DNA from: Octopus vulgaris
Taxonomy: Eukaryota
Assembly: GCA_951406725.2 (NCBI GenBank)
Contig: OX597816.1
Location: 80,352,001 to 80,416,000 of the forward strand
Length of the DNA: 64,000 bases
Direction: 5' to 3'
Shown here: positions 11,800-26,399 of the stretch, piece by piece
How positions within the stretch are numbered: the stretch's first letter is position 1
How the letters are laid out: every line of letters starts with the position of its first letter
The notes under the pieces: model-generated
The model's database searches: none
Told to the model about the DNA's origin: nothing
What the model saw: only the letters and a program-made list of their open reading frames with translations
Translations under genes and position numbers: made by a program

Positions 11800-13172
11800 G
11801 GAGCAGAAATGCAGGTGACCAAACTTAGGTGACAAGTCCAAATGAAATTGTTAAAATAAGTTCATCCTCAATTTTCAAGAGGACAATGGCAAATGCGTGT
11901 CGTCTAGTGTTTCAAATATAAAGGTTTAAACAGAAGCGAGAGGGACAGAGGATGGAGGAAGAGGAAAGAAATATTGATATGGGGGGAGAAGTTAAGAGGT
12001 GAGACGAGAGGAAGATATTGCTTGACAATGATCAGTTATAAAAAGATAAACTTAATGACTGATCGAATAAACAGCGGTCACTTAACGTAGCGGGTGGGGG
12101 TGAGATGGGAGGTAAATTATTCGTTCTCAGTCAATAAAACGGTTTAGAATATTAGAAGCAATAGACATAGAGTTGGGGAAAAACAGACTTTGAGGTAAAA
12201 AGTAGGAGCGGTAGGAGATTCAAGTAATGAGAGATAATGCTATGAGCGATTACCGGCGAAATAATTCACAAACAAGTGTTGCGTTGTAGGGAGTTCCGCC
12301 ACAAACTAGACCATATAAGGTATAAAGTGAGCAATGGGTCATGAGGTGGCTTACATAGATAGCATGAAAAGTAAATTGGCTAAAGGCCCTGTTTGAAAAG
12401 GAGCTCAGGTGAGCAAGGCAGCGCCGTTTGAAGTTGATCATACCGCTATGATGACCCTAGGCTGGTGGGAAGATAGAATTTTGATCAGACACTCATGTAA
12501 ATACATTATGGCGCGAGCAATGCCCCTTTAACGGATAGTTGTGATACTTTACAATTACAAGTTTCCTTACTGCTATTGGGCTTGTACTCGGTAAGTATTC
12601 TGTCTTGGAGTTCAAGTTTTCATACTTTTCGTACTAAATTATTGACTCTACACACACAAATACATTCATACATATATACATACATATAAATGTATATGTG
12701 TGTATATACAATATGTTTATATATATATATGTGTGTGTGTGTGTGTTGAAAGAGAATGCATATTCTTTGTTTTCAACGAGGAGGTTTAACTGAATTATCT
12801 GTTCATTGAAATAGTGTGCAAATATCTGGGCTTTTCACTCACGCGTACTCCTGACGTAATTTTCATTCGTACTCAGCATGATATAGTTTGTGACAAAACT
12901 GTAATTTCATGTTACATGTACAATCCATTCGCCAGACGATGTTCTGTATAATTTCCGTCAACATGATTTGGTTATAGAAAAAGTCTTATGCTGAATTTGC
13001 TTATTGATGAAATCATATCCAGGACTTGAATACATAATATAATTAGGCTAGAGATTACATTTGTTTAGCTTACGCAATGCAAATGCTGTCTTAGATCTTC
13101 GAAGTCTACACTTCGTGCAAAAAATCATATATGTGTGCATATATGTATACGTATTTATGTATGCATGTAATG

Positions 13173-13241
<69 letters not shown>

Positions 13242-13340
13242 GAAAGAAAATGAAATTCACGACATTATTATTCACAACGATTGCACAGCACTCATATATA
13301 TGTATGTACGAATGTACGTATGTATATATATATATATATA

Positions 13341-13890
13341 TCCAAAAAGCAGAATAAGAACGTAACGGATGACAATAAAGACATACGGACAGATACACAA
13401 TACAAAGACGGACAGGAAAAAACCAGGACGGAACATTCGTGGCTTTCTTTCATCAGCTAAACTCCCAATCATCATTACAGTTTCAGCCAGTTTCACATGA
13501 GACTGTTCAAAATACCTGTAATGGCTGTAACGACTGATCTGTTTACTTGCAAATAGTCATGTCTTAAATTAGACCGAACAAAGGAATGCACTACCCATCC
13601 TTGTCATCTTCAGATTGAATAACAAAATAAGTCCAACATCACCACACATACCTTCATCTCCATATATCTGCCATTCATTCCTCTCTTTCCACCACCTTCC
13701 TGTCCTCCCCACCAAATATCCACAGAAACACCCACATAACTCAATCAACCTTCGCACTGCTCAAAGGGGATAAAATCCCCCTGGTAAACGTCCATTAATG
13801 TTATATCGCCCGAAGAAATGAATTCACGAAGTTGATCAACCCGATGCCCACGGATACTACGGTCTACACTGTAATCATCCCAAGAAGACA
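13341..13890. mobile_element. Probable Penelope-type terminal fragment between TA microsatellites
   Basis: Unique block flanked by (TA)n/(CA)n; degenerate CTGATGA..GAA and GAAACTGTA hammerhead-like cores on the minus strand near 13435-13480. Confidence 0.3.
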
Positions 13891-13891
13891 G

Positions 13892-13942
<51 letters not shown>

Positions 13943-13948
<6 letters not shown>

Positions 13949-14175
13949 GTGGTACCCAAATTTAACCGGAAACATTGTCTGTGGGTCAAGCTCGTTATAT
14001 TTCAGGATTCCGCCGCTAGAAGCCACTTGATGTAACTCTCAGGCATCAGTATGTGGACCGGCGTCGTCGAACATAGTCGTGTTTCCACGCGGTGCGTCTT
14101 TGTTTTGCTGTGCTTCTCTCATGCTCGTAGACTTTTGCGATGATTCAAAAGAAGGAACATTGTGCTTCCGTGGGG
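13943..14175 (+). mobile_element. 5' end of a mariner-type DNA transposon
   Basis: Starts TA-TGAGGTGGTACCCAAA (mariner TIR-like) at a TA tract; ends in KEHCASV, resembling the EQR..(I/V) transposase start. Confidence 0.45.
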
Positions 14176-14972
14176 GCTTCGCGTCTCTCATCAAAACATA
14201 TTTATATGGGAAAATGATGTGAGATAGTTATGCAGATGATTTTTCATGGTGTCTCCAGTGTCACCAGTGTACACGTGTTTCTACGTACCTGCCTTCACCT
14301 CACATTTGTAAACCACATTCTTTACCATGCAGTTATTGTTAAATATGCATTCGTTTTTACTTCTACAGTTACAGATGATATTTTTCCGTTCTCCCTGCAG
14401 AGTTATAAATGGTAGTTCCCCTACCTCTTCATTCTATAATCGTGTACTCATTTTCCTTATGTATTGATTGGCGTGTCAATTGTGCGGTGGTGTTTGGTGA
14501 TGAGCTTCTATTACCCCTATTTGCAGCCATTATATATATATATATATATATTTAATTTCACTGTCGTTTACTGTGGTGAAAAACTAATTTTCACACACGA
14601 AATTGTCTTTAGAATTTGAACTATGTCCAAAGCATATTTGAACCAATCTAAAATTTGTTTGTTTTCTACCACTGCTTCGTGCTGTTATTTATATATTTGA
14701 TCAAACCGGATGGTCTGCGTGCGTAAATCAGTGACTAGTGTTTACTAAGGCTTTCTATCAGTCCAGGGTTTACCTCTCTTGAGTGTCTATTAGCGAACCA
14801 GGCAAAAAAAACGAAAGAAAAAAGAAATGAGCATCTAGTGGTCCACAGAGTGTGCTTAAGATAGGATAATTGTGTATTTACACCTTTTACCATATGTCTT
14901 TCTCCACGTTAAACTGCTGTAAAATTGCCTGATGAAATATATCGCGAACATATTTGAAATAAACTAAAGTTG

Positions 14973-15036
<64 letters not shown>

Positions 15037-17029
15037 GATAGATAGATAGGTAAAAAAACTACATTAGATAAATGAGATGAGTGAGGGTGACAGAGAGATA
15101 CATCGTATTGCTTTGGTTTTTCCTTTACCACCTTCCTCAGAAATGTGTGAACAAAGCGAGTGATAGGTTTCGAACATTTGAACGAGAGATATTTTATGTG
15201 GATCGATTAAAATGTAATAACTTCGGATGGGAATTCGTGAAAAGCGAATACAGATGAAATTGTTAAAACGCATGAAGACTTCTCTTGAAATGGAAGCAAT
15301 TTTACGTAACACGACACAGTGATATTTCTGTATCAAATATTCCTCCAGATGTGTGTGCAACTCATTTTGGCCAGTTACATGGCTACGAATTGTACACCAA
15401 AGCAATGCATTTAACTAAACTAAGTCAGTTGGAAAATCTAGGCTCAAGGAAAATCTAGGCTCAAGCAAGAATATTCCTGAATCTGACAGAGTGCACGAGT
15501 AATTGTTGCAACATTACTTTCATGCATAGACAAACATCTACTCATTTGAACACCTGCTCGAAGGTAGAACCAAACTAACAATTTTTTAGAATTATTAACT
15601 CGTTACTTGCTTCCGTTGTCTATGAAATTTATTAACCACATATGGAGCTAAACTATTATAACACAACTCTTCTTGAAGAATAAACAGAAAATGGAACCTA
15701 AGAACAAACTATCTTTCAAATTATAAAGCGGTCGTGAGTGAATGCACACCTCATTTGTAAATCTGTAGATTGAGATAAATCTATTGTACTTTCCCATTTC
15801 TGTTGATAATATATTTTTACGGCTGCAGTCTCTCATTAGTTTTGTAGACTGTAATATTTCTTAGACCTTTTATTCCTTAAGCATAGTTGGGATTAAATTA
15901 AAAGCAGTAAATCATATAGGAGTATAATCTAGGTTATCGAAACCAATTTAGCATAAGTGATCTTATCAATTACGTGGAATTAAAGAATCGATATGCATAA
16001 AATTGATATCTTGGATCTACAACACACATTAACAGAGGTATGTGCTATTTTTCATGATTGCACTTATTCTAACTATGAATCAACCTACACGACACTTAGT
16101 GTATAAACGTAGATAGGCTGGAGCTATGCTGAATAAACAGTTTTTGTTAAAGCTCAAACCAAAACCAAATTGCCCCTAATTGTCCTGAAAATATAGATTT
16201 GAACTGACGCACTGAAATGTGTGTTAGCTTAGTAATGAAAAGGGTATATGAAGATTAAAACTATTAGTAGAATCAAAGTTTAATTTTTGTAAACTTATTA
16301 ATTTAATGGACAGACATCTTTGTGCTTCGTGGGCTTTCATCAACTAAACAAGACACATTAGATATTTATGCTAAGTATTTTGTGATACCCTCGAAGAACC
16401 AGAACACAGATGAATGCTAGCGTAGTCAATTGAAATATTTGATCAGATAAGTACAGAGCTTTCTGCTAACACATTAAAATCAATGCAAATATGTTCAAGT
16501 AACACAAATACAATCTGTGTCTCAAACCAAGGTCAACTTAACATACAGCAGAGTAAAGGACATTTTACCAGCAGCTTACAGACCCGATGGAAACAAAGCA
16601 TTATTTTCATTTTCCAGTAGTTATCACCGACACTGTATATTTACGCATGAACAGATAAAAATAATAATAAAAATAGCATTTTCTTTATAAAGTTATTAGT
16701 AATATTGATAATCATATCATAATGCGGTAATAAGAGTACTAGATTAGCAGAAAAGATGCGTTGTTTATTCTAAAGGAAATTCCTAACTTTAAATTTGATT
16801 TTATTCAATAAAAGTTCAACTGCAGATCAACCAGCAGCATTTCCTTGTATTTTTCCATTGTTCCTGAAATGGAGAAATGTAATTGGGGAAATTAGGAAAA
16901 TGATTCCGATTTCCGCCTAATCTTTCAATGAAATTCTGCAAAATAAAATAATAATAAATTGTTCATCGATAAAAAAAAAAACCTTGTTTTGAAAATAATG
17001 ACAACAATAAATTTATTTTAGTTGGCACG

Positions 17030-17580
17030 AAGGCATCAGATGAGGAGGACATTACAAGTAGAGCTACGGTTCGTGCGGGGGTTTACAGATAAAGAAAAGA
17101 GGAAGAAACGAAGTGGAGTAAAAGGAAGTAAAAAGAATACATAGTATACAAAATACATGAACACACAGATGATGTAGCCCTCCTGAGATAGATCATCCTC
17201 CAGCTTGGGCTATACGGTTTTAATAAGCAGTGCAGGTGGCTTTACTGTTGTTAATGCCTATGGCTAAGGACACTTTATGGTGGACGAAGCTGAAAAGATT
17301 CTGTCAAGCCCCCATAAATTTTCTCAAGTTTCACTTTGAAAGAAAAGTGAGGTTGAAGAGTGAAGTGCTCTGCACCGACAAATTTATTAAGAGGTACGTA
17401 ACTGTGACAACAACGTTTAGGATGAATGAAATTAATATAAGCATGTGTCTGTAAATTAGGGAGCACAGATTGGTGTGGGCGTGGAGCCATGTTGATCAGG
17501 GTAATCTAGGATCTGGTTCCTTGATTAACCCAAGTTGGAGGCTTAACAGCTTCAGGAGGACTGCATCATCTCAGATATCT
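17030..17580 (-). mobile_element. Highly decayed CR1/L2-type LINE 3' remnant
   Basis: HQSVLPNLQTHAYINFIHPKR resembles the C-terminal P..RT..Y..SF.PR motif of CR1/L2 ORF2. Confidence 0.35.
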
Positions 17581-20023
17581 TCACCTTTGACATGGCTATT
17601 AATTCAGTGATTCAAACCACAACAGTTTTCCTCTCCCGGTACCGATTTCTTCGGGTCAATGTGTCCTGTTGTTACCGCCTTAAATACTTTCAGTCTGACT
17701 ATAACCATCTCAATTTCCTTTATATCTAACGTTATCACACTGTGTGCCTCCATATGCTTTGGCGACTTTTACGTGACCCGATTGGAAGAAACTACTTCTC
17801 AGCATCTCTACATCTTGGCAGTAGTTGAAGAACTAAAACAATAGAATTAGTATATGATGATACCTTTGATGTCCCAAGTGTATTATTCAAAGTGGTTCTG
17901 AATAAAACTTGTCAAGTCTGGCCATTAAACTCCACATTAAAGTGATCTACATTTTGAAAGTGGAACCAAAAGCAACGGTACTAAAAACATCTATTAAGTA
18001 ACAATAGCCGACCCTCTGAAAGTTTTAGAGTGATCTACATTTTTTAGAATACAACCGAGTCTAGGTCTCTTAGTATCCATCGTCTGTAGAATACCTGCAT
18101 GATGTGGGATTATTTGTCTCTATATATTTTAGAAATCGCACAGGTCTACGCCCATCTATCCACAAGTGAATACATTTTCCCAGTATCTTGGTCAAAATAA
18201 TTCAGCAGAGACATGGGTGGGAAATTATCAGATAATGTGATCCTTGTTAAAGTATTGCGTTAGCAGTGCCATCCTTACTTGACTTCTTTAACTGGGAATA
18301 GTCTTAGCCTGTTGCTAATGGTAATACACAACTATCAAGTTCGTGGCGAACACGTATAACATATATCTACAAAGTTCAAAACTGCCACTAGTCTGAAAAG
18401 CCCCCACTTATCATCCAGATTCAAAAAAATATTCTCTATCTTGAGATCTTTGTTTTTCAACAGCGGTTGTGATTGCAGTTTTGGTTTCTGCAGCTATTGT
18501 TAGTGTCGTCAACAGTAGTATGTATCATTGTTCTTGTGGTGTCTGTTGTGGATAAATGGCACGTTTGTGGTCGGTGCAACATTTGTATCATTTGAGCTGT
18601 ACGTGTAGATGCAATACTTGGCAAAAGTTTTGGAGAAAGTCTAGTTGGAGCTTGCAAGTTTCCACTCTTCGCGTCACCAATGTTTATCGGAGGAAAAGGC
18701 TGGTGACTAGGCTCGATACAACATGACAGTAGTGTCGTTGGAGACAATGCAGTCGTCGTAGACGTCGGAACCATAAACATCTTGCCCGACTCTTCAACGG
18801 TTCAACTGATTCGCCCTTTTGGATTGATACTTTTTTTTATACTTGCGTAATGAAATACCACTGGAAAGGAGATGGTGTAAGCATACATCATAAAAATGGT
18901 GTCAGAGAATAACAAAGCGAATATATTAGGAGATATGGTAAACAATACAGATAAAGGTACCAACGCAATTCCATATGATGTTGTCAATGACCATTAGGAA
19001 CCGGAGTGCCTCCTGAGCGAAATAACAGTCCCAAAAGTCGATAATGAATCTTTAAAAGAATTGGAAAAATTAGCCAAATATAAATATCTTGGGAATGATT
19101 TTAAAATATGCAGATATCAACATAGCAAATCCCACAGCAGCTACAGATATGAATAACAGAAAATAATTCCACTTGACTGCACATATATTACGAAGAATGT
19201 GATTATTTTCTTTCTAATTTTTTGCACGAAACCAGCAATTTTATGGTGTTGGTGTCAAGCTGAGTAGTCATTTTACCGACTCTGGAAGTCTGAAATTCGA
19301 AGTCGGCATCGAGGTAATTTGAACTCAAGAACGTAAAGAGCCGTAGGTAATGCCGCTAAGCATTTTGTCCGGTGCGGAACTATTCTGCCAAACTCGCAGC
19401 CTTGTCTCTACTACTTTCACTGACATCGACTTCCCATCGACCAGTATTAAACGTAACTACTTCTGCCATCAACGCTATCACGAACTGTGTTGAAGGGGAG
19501 AGAGAAGTGCTTGTAACTACAAGAAAAACTATAGCGTGAGGGAAAACGAAATATCAATAACAATAGCAACATCTAAAACGGAAAATGGTGATGGTGGTAC
19601 TGTTCTTGCTTAGTACTATGAAACAGAGCCAACTCATCTAGGAATTGTTCAGTTGTCGCATATTCGCAACTATTACTGTCGCTGGATGTCTTAACTATGC
19701 TTGATTTGGATCTTGTCGATAATTTGGCAGTTCAATCAGGTAGAGGATGAATTTCTGCATTGCTCTGTATTATTCTATTTTCATCCTTGGTTGATTCTGT
19801 TCATGTAGTTCGTGCACCTACAGGTTTCTCTATTTCTTTACTTCGTGTCCACACAAACAGACTGCGACCAATAACCAGATATGCATTTCTAATAGCAGAT
19901 CTACCACCTATGACAGGTGAAATGTTTCCCTCCCACCACATTTCTTTCAGTTGCTGTTCCACATCCGTTTTTGTTAGGGTTTCTATTTGCATACTTTTAA
20001 CGTCTATACCTCAGTATATTACC

Positions 20024-20254
20024 TATTTCTTTACTACCCACAAGGGGCTAAACACAGAGAGGACAAACAAGGACAGACAAATGGATTAAGTCGATTATAT
20101 CAACCCCAGTGCGTAACTGGTACTTAATTTATCGACCCCGAGAGGATGAAAGGCAAAGTCGACCTCAGCGGAATTTGAACTCAGAACGTAACAGCAGACG
20201 AAATACCGTTAAGCATTTCATCCGGCGTGCTAACGTTTCTGCCAGCTCGCCACC
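20024..20254 (-). mobile_element. Nin-domain-like tRNA-derived SINE with target-site duplication
   Basis: Minus strand GGCGAGCTGGCAGAA..GAGTTCAAATTCC..GTCGACTTTGCCTTTCATCCTCTCGGGGTCGATAAATTAAGTACC; ACCTCAGTATATTACC repeated at 20008-20023 and 20252-20267. Confidence 0.88.
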
Positions 20255-20799
20255 TCAGTATATTACCGATTATCACTCATCACTTATCAATACTTTTAGT
20301 GAAACGAAAAAGGTAACCTTTCTATTCTGCTTCCTTCAATTGTTGTCTTCCTTAATGGAGAACGAACCAATATCAGTAAACGCTAGCTAAAACCCTTGAT
20401 GTTATTGTTGTTGCTGAAGGTAATTTCGCCAACTGCTATAGTGGAAGCCTTAACAGTTGTTGCTCTTATTGTTGTTTTTTTTTGTTATTAATATTTTTTT
20501 GTTTCCTATCGCTGTGCTTCCTATCGCTTTCGTCTTCTTTTGAACGGAGTGCATGACGGTCTTGGTGGCAACGATAGTGGCATTTGTACCTGATAAATTA
20601 GTTGCTAGTGAAAGTAGCGAAGAGCAGCTTTGCAGGAGCAACGCCCCATTCAAGGTTTATTCTTTCACTGCATTTTCTTCGAGGTTGGCTCTGAAATTCT
20701 CTGCCCCAACAGAGACACGCTGTAATTTTTGCCTTAAAAGCGTTGTATAGTGATACAGAGATAAACTTGCTTCCTTAGAGTCACCCGATCCTTCGTTGT

Positions 20800-21150
20800 G
20801 AAGTTCAAAAGAAGCTGGAAGCTACTAAAAGGGCTCTAACATCGGATCCAACATCAGCAGCTAATTGGAAAACGCATGCAGAAGGTTCTAATACTACCAG
20901 AACACGACACGTAACTTTATACAAACTGTCCGAGAAATAATCGATAAAACCCCCGGGAAGTCAATCAGAGCCATTTCAAAGGCCCTCAGGCTTCCAGAAA
21001 GCATCATCGGAAGAGTTGTGCCTGAGGTCATACGATGCGAGTCGTATATGGTGCGGAAGAGTCAGTTTATGGCAGATGTGACAAGAGACAATCGTTCAAT
21101 GCGTGCAAAGCAATCACTGAAAGTTAAAACAAGTTTTGACCGGAAAACGC
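20800..21150 (+). mobile_element. Tc1/mariner (DD37D/maT-like) transposase N-terminal fragment
   Basis: FIQTVREIIDKTPGKSIRAISKALRLPESIIGRVV..IRCESYMVRKSQFM..TRDNRSMRAK matches the HTH/linker pattern; catalytic domain absent so subfamily is inferred. Confidence 0.6.
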
Positions 21151-21269
21151 GAGAATGTGATGCAAACATTAGCCAAACGCTTCATAAAGACCTCATAATC
21201 TAGGACTCCATAATCCAATGTGGGCATAGAGTCGAACATCGGAAAGCCGATAGCGCTCTAGTAGGCAAG

Positions 21270-21620
21270 GGAGAAAATTTATATACTATCATAGGCATTT
21301 CTTGCACTGGGGATGGCAGAAACGTCGGAAAAAAAAGAGATATGATGAGATATGAAGTTCTAAAAAGAGAAATAAGAAAGTTGTAATTAATGAAAAAGAC
21401 GTATATTGTGCTAATAATTGTTGTCCTAACTACACTGAGCATAGAAACTGGGTTGGAAAAGATACGTAGAGAAATGAATATAAAGTACATCCAGAAAACA
21501 ACATTACTTGGCAGTGTAAGGAGTTTATTCAAAGTTCTAGAGACTTGAAAAGAAAGTACAGCCTTAGTTCACGGTTAGTGAAACCTCAGCAACAAGCTCA
21601 ATGCGTTAGGTGTAATAATA
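21270..21620 (+). mobile_element. R4/Dong-like LINE 3' remnant
   Basis: RYEVLKREIRKL..KYIQKTTLLGSVRSLFKVLET*. Confidence 0.6.
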
Positions 21621-21700
21621 AGAGCAGTGAAGAAGAGAAAGAAAAAGGAAGAAGAAGAAAGAAAATCGCATAAGATAAAGTCAACAAGGACCAGAATATT

Positions 21701-21914
21701 CTTTTCTACTCTAGGCACAAGGCCCGAAACTTTGAGGGAAGGGGCCAATCGATTAGATCGACCCCAGTACGCAACTGGTACTTAATTTATCGACCCCAAA
21801 AGGATGAAATGCAAAGTCGACCTCGGCGGAATTTGAACTAAGAGCGTAAAGACAGACGAAATACCGCTAAGCATTTCACCCGGCGTGCTAATGTTTCTGC
21901 CAGCTCGCTGCCTT
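21701..21914 (-). mobile_element. Nin-domain-like SINE with a different 3' tail and target-site duplication
   Basis: Head and body match 20024-20254; AAGGAC(C)AGAATATT repeated at 21686-21700 and 21915-21928. Confidence 0.88.
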
Positions 21915-22044
21915 AAGGACAGAATATTAAATAAACAAAACAGATTTTAAGTTGATATCAGAATTTTATTATCATCAACTCTTCTTTAAGATTTTGAGAA
22001 TAATAATTATAATAATAATCATGATAATGTTAATTGTAATAATG

Positions 22045-22076
<32 letters not shown>

Positions 22077-23894
22077 GTCAACAATAATTCTTTGTATAAT
22101 TATATTAAAGATGATATTGTAAAACGTGTTTCTCTGTTCAATTATGACTGTGATTTCAGTGATTGAGTGTCTAGAAATGAGATAGTGAAAATGAAAGTAG
22201 GAAATAGTAATTTCTATAATACTTGAAGAGTGTAAAAAGGAAGGGGAGGAGGGGTTATATTTGTATGCAATTCAGACCGGGAATATCAAAGGAAACGAAT
22301 ACAATTTTTGATGAGTATATTTTCATATAATGACGAAAGATGTAGTTTAAACGATGCTTTTTTTTTTATATTATCAGTGTAATGTTGTACAACAGTGAGA
22401 AAAAATGCCAAATAAAGTAATTAGTTGGTGTTGATATTGTTGGTTTTTAGTCATCGTTATTCTTGTCGATGTTGATGATGTTATTGTTGTTGATGTTGTT
22501 GATCATTAACTGGAAAATAATGACTTCTTAACCAATCAGTGTTGAGTAGTAGATATTTAATTGAATTTCGATAAAGCAAAAATTGTGCAATTAAAAAATA
22601 TCTATGTCTCCTGGCTCTCATTGTTTAGTTGCATGATTCTTTTGATTTCTTTTGTATTGTATTATGACAACATTGTCATATCTTAAAAAGATATTTCAAG
22701 CTAGAAAAATAGAGTTTTTTGATAATTTAGTTTAAAAAAAAGAAAAGAAAAAAATTCCTCTTGCAAAGATTTTCACACAGGGTTAGTGTGGGGGTGTTTT
22801 TTTAATTGGAGACGACAATGATACTAAGTTTACATAATATTTTCACATCATTACTAACAAAAAAAGTATACGACAATGCCCTCATATTTGCAGTTGAAAA
22901 CAAAAGGAGAAAAAAATTGTCAGTTCTATATTCACGATAAATTTTCTTTCGAATTTTCCTCTTTGACACCTTTCGTTATATTAATTTGTTACATAGACGC
23001 AGGGCTGCAAATCGAAAATATATGTGAAGGGTTTCTGTTTATATTCATGCTTATCTCACTGCGAAAAACAATCACGAGTAATTGTCACAGACTCTTCGTT
23101 GTGTTATTATTTCGTGTATCAAGTACTGGCTTCAGTATTGTACGGGTTATATAGATCTAGCCATACAACCAGGGATTTCAAACTATTTCGTGATATAAGT
23201 GAAGAGCATTAAAGTTTAGCGAATTAAGTCAAGAACGATTCAAAACCACATCAGGAATTGACAGGCCTTAAATATCAAACTTTATATTATTGATATCTCT
23301 TTGATTATCCCTAGCTTCAGTTTTGTAGAGGACTTTGGTTCAATCTACCCAGTGTATTACTGACAATTATACAGATGCAGGTAGGATAAAAGGCAAAATT
23401 GTCACTAATATTTGATCTGAGGGGATAGAGAGATGATCTATCGTTTCTATAAACTCACCGTCTTTATGTTTTAATAATCACTAATGCAGCACTGAACATG
23501 TTGCCGAAAATAATGTCAGTTTTATAGCTGTAACGTAGCTTTGATTCAAGAATTTATAGTGATCTAAATTAGAGATTTATTCCAGTTACAGCATGAGTTC
23601 AATAGATTCAACGCTTATATTAAGGAACCTGTTCTGTTTGCAATTCTTCAAGATAAGGGATCATATTAAAATGATTCAATCTTTACACGGAGCTACATTA
23701 ATTACTACATGGAACATTAATTGTTTACTAACATCTCATGTATAAATTTCATCTTTATACGGAAATTGATTTTCACGGACATTTTCGGGTTTGTTGCCTA
23801 AACATACATGCATACAAATATACACACACATACACGTACACATATACGTTCTTACGATATAGATATAAAGGGACCCGTGTATACATGCATGCGG

Positions 23895-23930
<36 letters not shown>

Positions 23931-24047
23931 CTGCGTGTGTTTGTGAGGAGGTATTTGTATGTATATACACATATATATATATATATGTATGTATATAAGT
24001 GTATGTGTATGTATGTGTTTGTGTACGTAGACATACACACACATACA

Positions 24048-24084
<37 letters not shown>

Positions 24085-24871
24085 TTGCAATAAATTTAGT
24101 AAATGATTTGATTCCCCGGAACCAACAACAATCACTAGTGGGTGATCAGACTTAGCGAGTTCAGAGAAAGATACTGGGAGCTATAGCTTACACGAGGTTC
24201 GCAAGAACTTTAGCATACTAATTGGCATAACTACAAACAGAAAACCGTTAACTAACGAAACTACGGTGCTCACCTACAAATCATACGTTTGTGTGTGTAT
24301 GTGTGTAAGTGAGAGAGAGAGAAGCTCCAGTTCAGAAGTTCTGGAGTTGAGAGGAGCATTGAGTCACCCTATAATACCATCCCGTCCCGATCCGTTCTGA
24401 GTCGGAACGGCAGTGCCTGACATGGTCACATTTATGTGTCAGTTAGATTTCCCAAGAGTAGATGAGGCTTAGTTATTTCTGACACAGCCGTGCGAAAGGC
24501 AGCTCTTCGTGAAGAAGCATACTTTGACACAAAACTTGCAATCAAATTAGTATCAATCAAATTATCTTGCAATCAAATTACCTTGCAATGCTTATCACAG
24601 GAGCCTAAGACGTCCGGCGACCGATAAATTGATAAAAGTGTTGTACAAGTTGTTTTCATTTAAAATCATGTAATACACAAATGTTTCGCTAAAATTTCAT
24701 TTCGTGATTGTCCTTTGGCGATAAATGCGTGGAGACGTGTTGCAAAAACTCATATCCGTGCTCATCCATGGACGAAAGCAATTCAGAGAAACCAGACTAA
24801 CTGAGAGTTATCATCTGACAAGATGAGGTAATCATCATTATCACTATAGGCTACAGAAATATAAATATTTT

Positions 24872-25012
<141 letters not shown>

Positions 25013-26225
25013 ATATATATACACAAATATGTACACAAATGTATACACACACATACATATATATATATATATGCACTCGCACCTACGGAGACACAGATAC
25101 ATATATATATATACAGACCAATTTAAGAGTACTGTTAAGTTCGCGTCGTGTGCATCTATATGTATGATCTCCCCTCTATTTACGCTTGTATGCACCTATA
25201 CCTGTGCTTCTTAAATTATATATATTAATCAAATAGTGAGTGTCAAATGTTATTTACACGCATTAGTCATCCAAGGAAAAACATTAACAAAACACATTTT
25301 TGCTAACAGTCCCTGACATTTTTGCACAATAAACAACATATTTTGGTTCTCTTTCATTCAAATGCTTGGTAATATTCATTAGAGAGATATTAAGGATATT
25401 ATCATCAGGTGATATGTCTTAAACTTACATTCTATGACGAAAATATAGTGAAAAGAATTGTGAAGAAATATAAAATGAATCAGAGTTTCTGCTGATTGTT
25501 GATTCCAAAATAAGTGTTGCAATTCCATGCTAAAATTATTACATCCACCCTGATATCAGCCTATACATATGTAGCACTAACTACGAAATTTTAAATTCGT
25601 AATGAGTAAACGAAAAAACAATTTAGAAAAATGAAATATGTGTATTCTAAGGACGTTTTTCTTTATTCCCAATTTCAAATTGGAGTTTTTAAATTTAACC
25701 CCGCCAAAAATGATTATCTCCTTTCTAACAACTGTTCGCTATGGAACAACACACATACATGCATGCAAAATAACTCGTAAGCTACAAATATCATTTTGTA
25801 CAACTTATGTGTACATGAGTTCTTGGACAGGCACTGAGCTTTGTTTTATATCAGATCTGTTCACCGGTGCACTGATCATCATCCATGCTGGCATTTTACT
25901 TTTCTAGCTCTTTGCATAAGAGTAATAGACAATATATGTGTATTGGTGGTTTCCGTAACTAATCCATTCCAGCGATGATCCATCATCTAGAGACACAAAT
26001 ACATTCTGAAGAAATGTGTGGGCCATGCATACGCTTTTGTTGCAATAAAGAGCAAGAGATATTTATCTTGAAACTACTTATATTTGTTAAATCGTAAATT
26101 TATTGATTTTCAGTTGTAAATGATATACATGTCTGTGTATATACGTGAATGTATCTATGTGTGCATATATATTTATATATATATATGAGTGTATATATAT
26201 AAGTATATATATCTTATACATATAT

Positions 26226-26365
26226 ACGACTGACTCCTTTCAGTGTCGGTCAACCAAATCCCGAGGCCATAGTAGAAGACACTTGCCCAAGGTAGCACGC
26301 AGTGGGACTGAAACCGTAACCATGTAGTTGGTAAGCAAGCTACTTACGACAGAGCCACGCCTGCG
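26226..26365 (-). mobile_element. SINE head fragment, same family as 40062-40512
   Basis: GACACTTGCCCAAGGTAGCACGCAGTGGGACTGAAACC..AAGCAAGCTACTTAC shared with about 40425-40510. Confidence 0.7.
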
Positions 26366-26399
26366 CAGACCTCCGGCCATGCTGGGCATCGCCGTTTTG

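Noticed and set aside
12555-12600. Plus-strand exon ending CTCG|gtaagt
   Set aside because: No convincing acceptor, start or partner exon; adjacent to decayed LINE-like sequence
15431-15464. 17-bp direct duplication GGAAAATCTAGGCTCAA x2
   Set aside because: Simple local duplication with no inserted element
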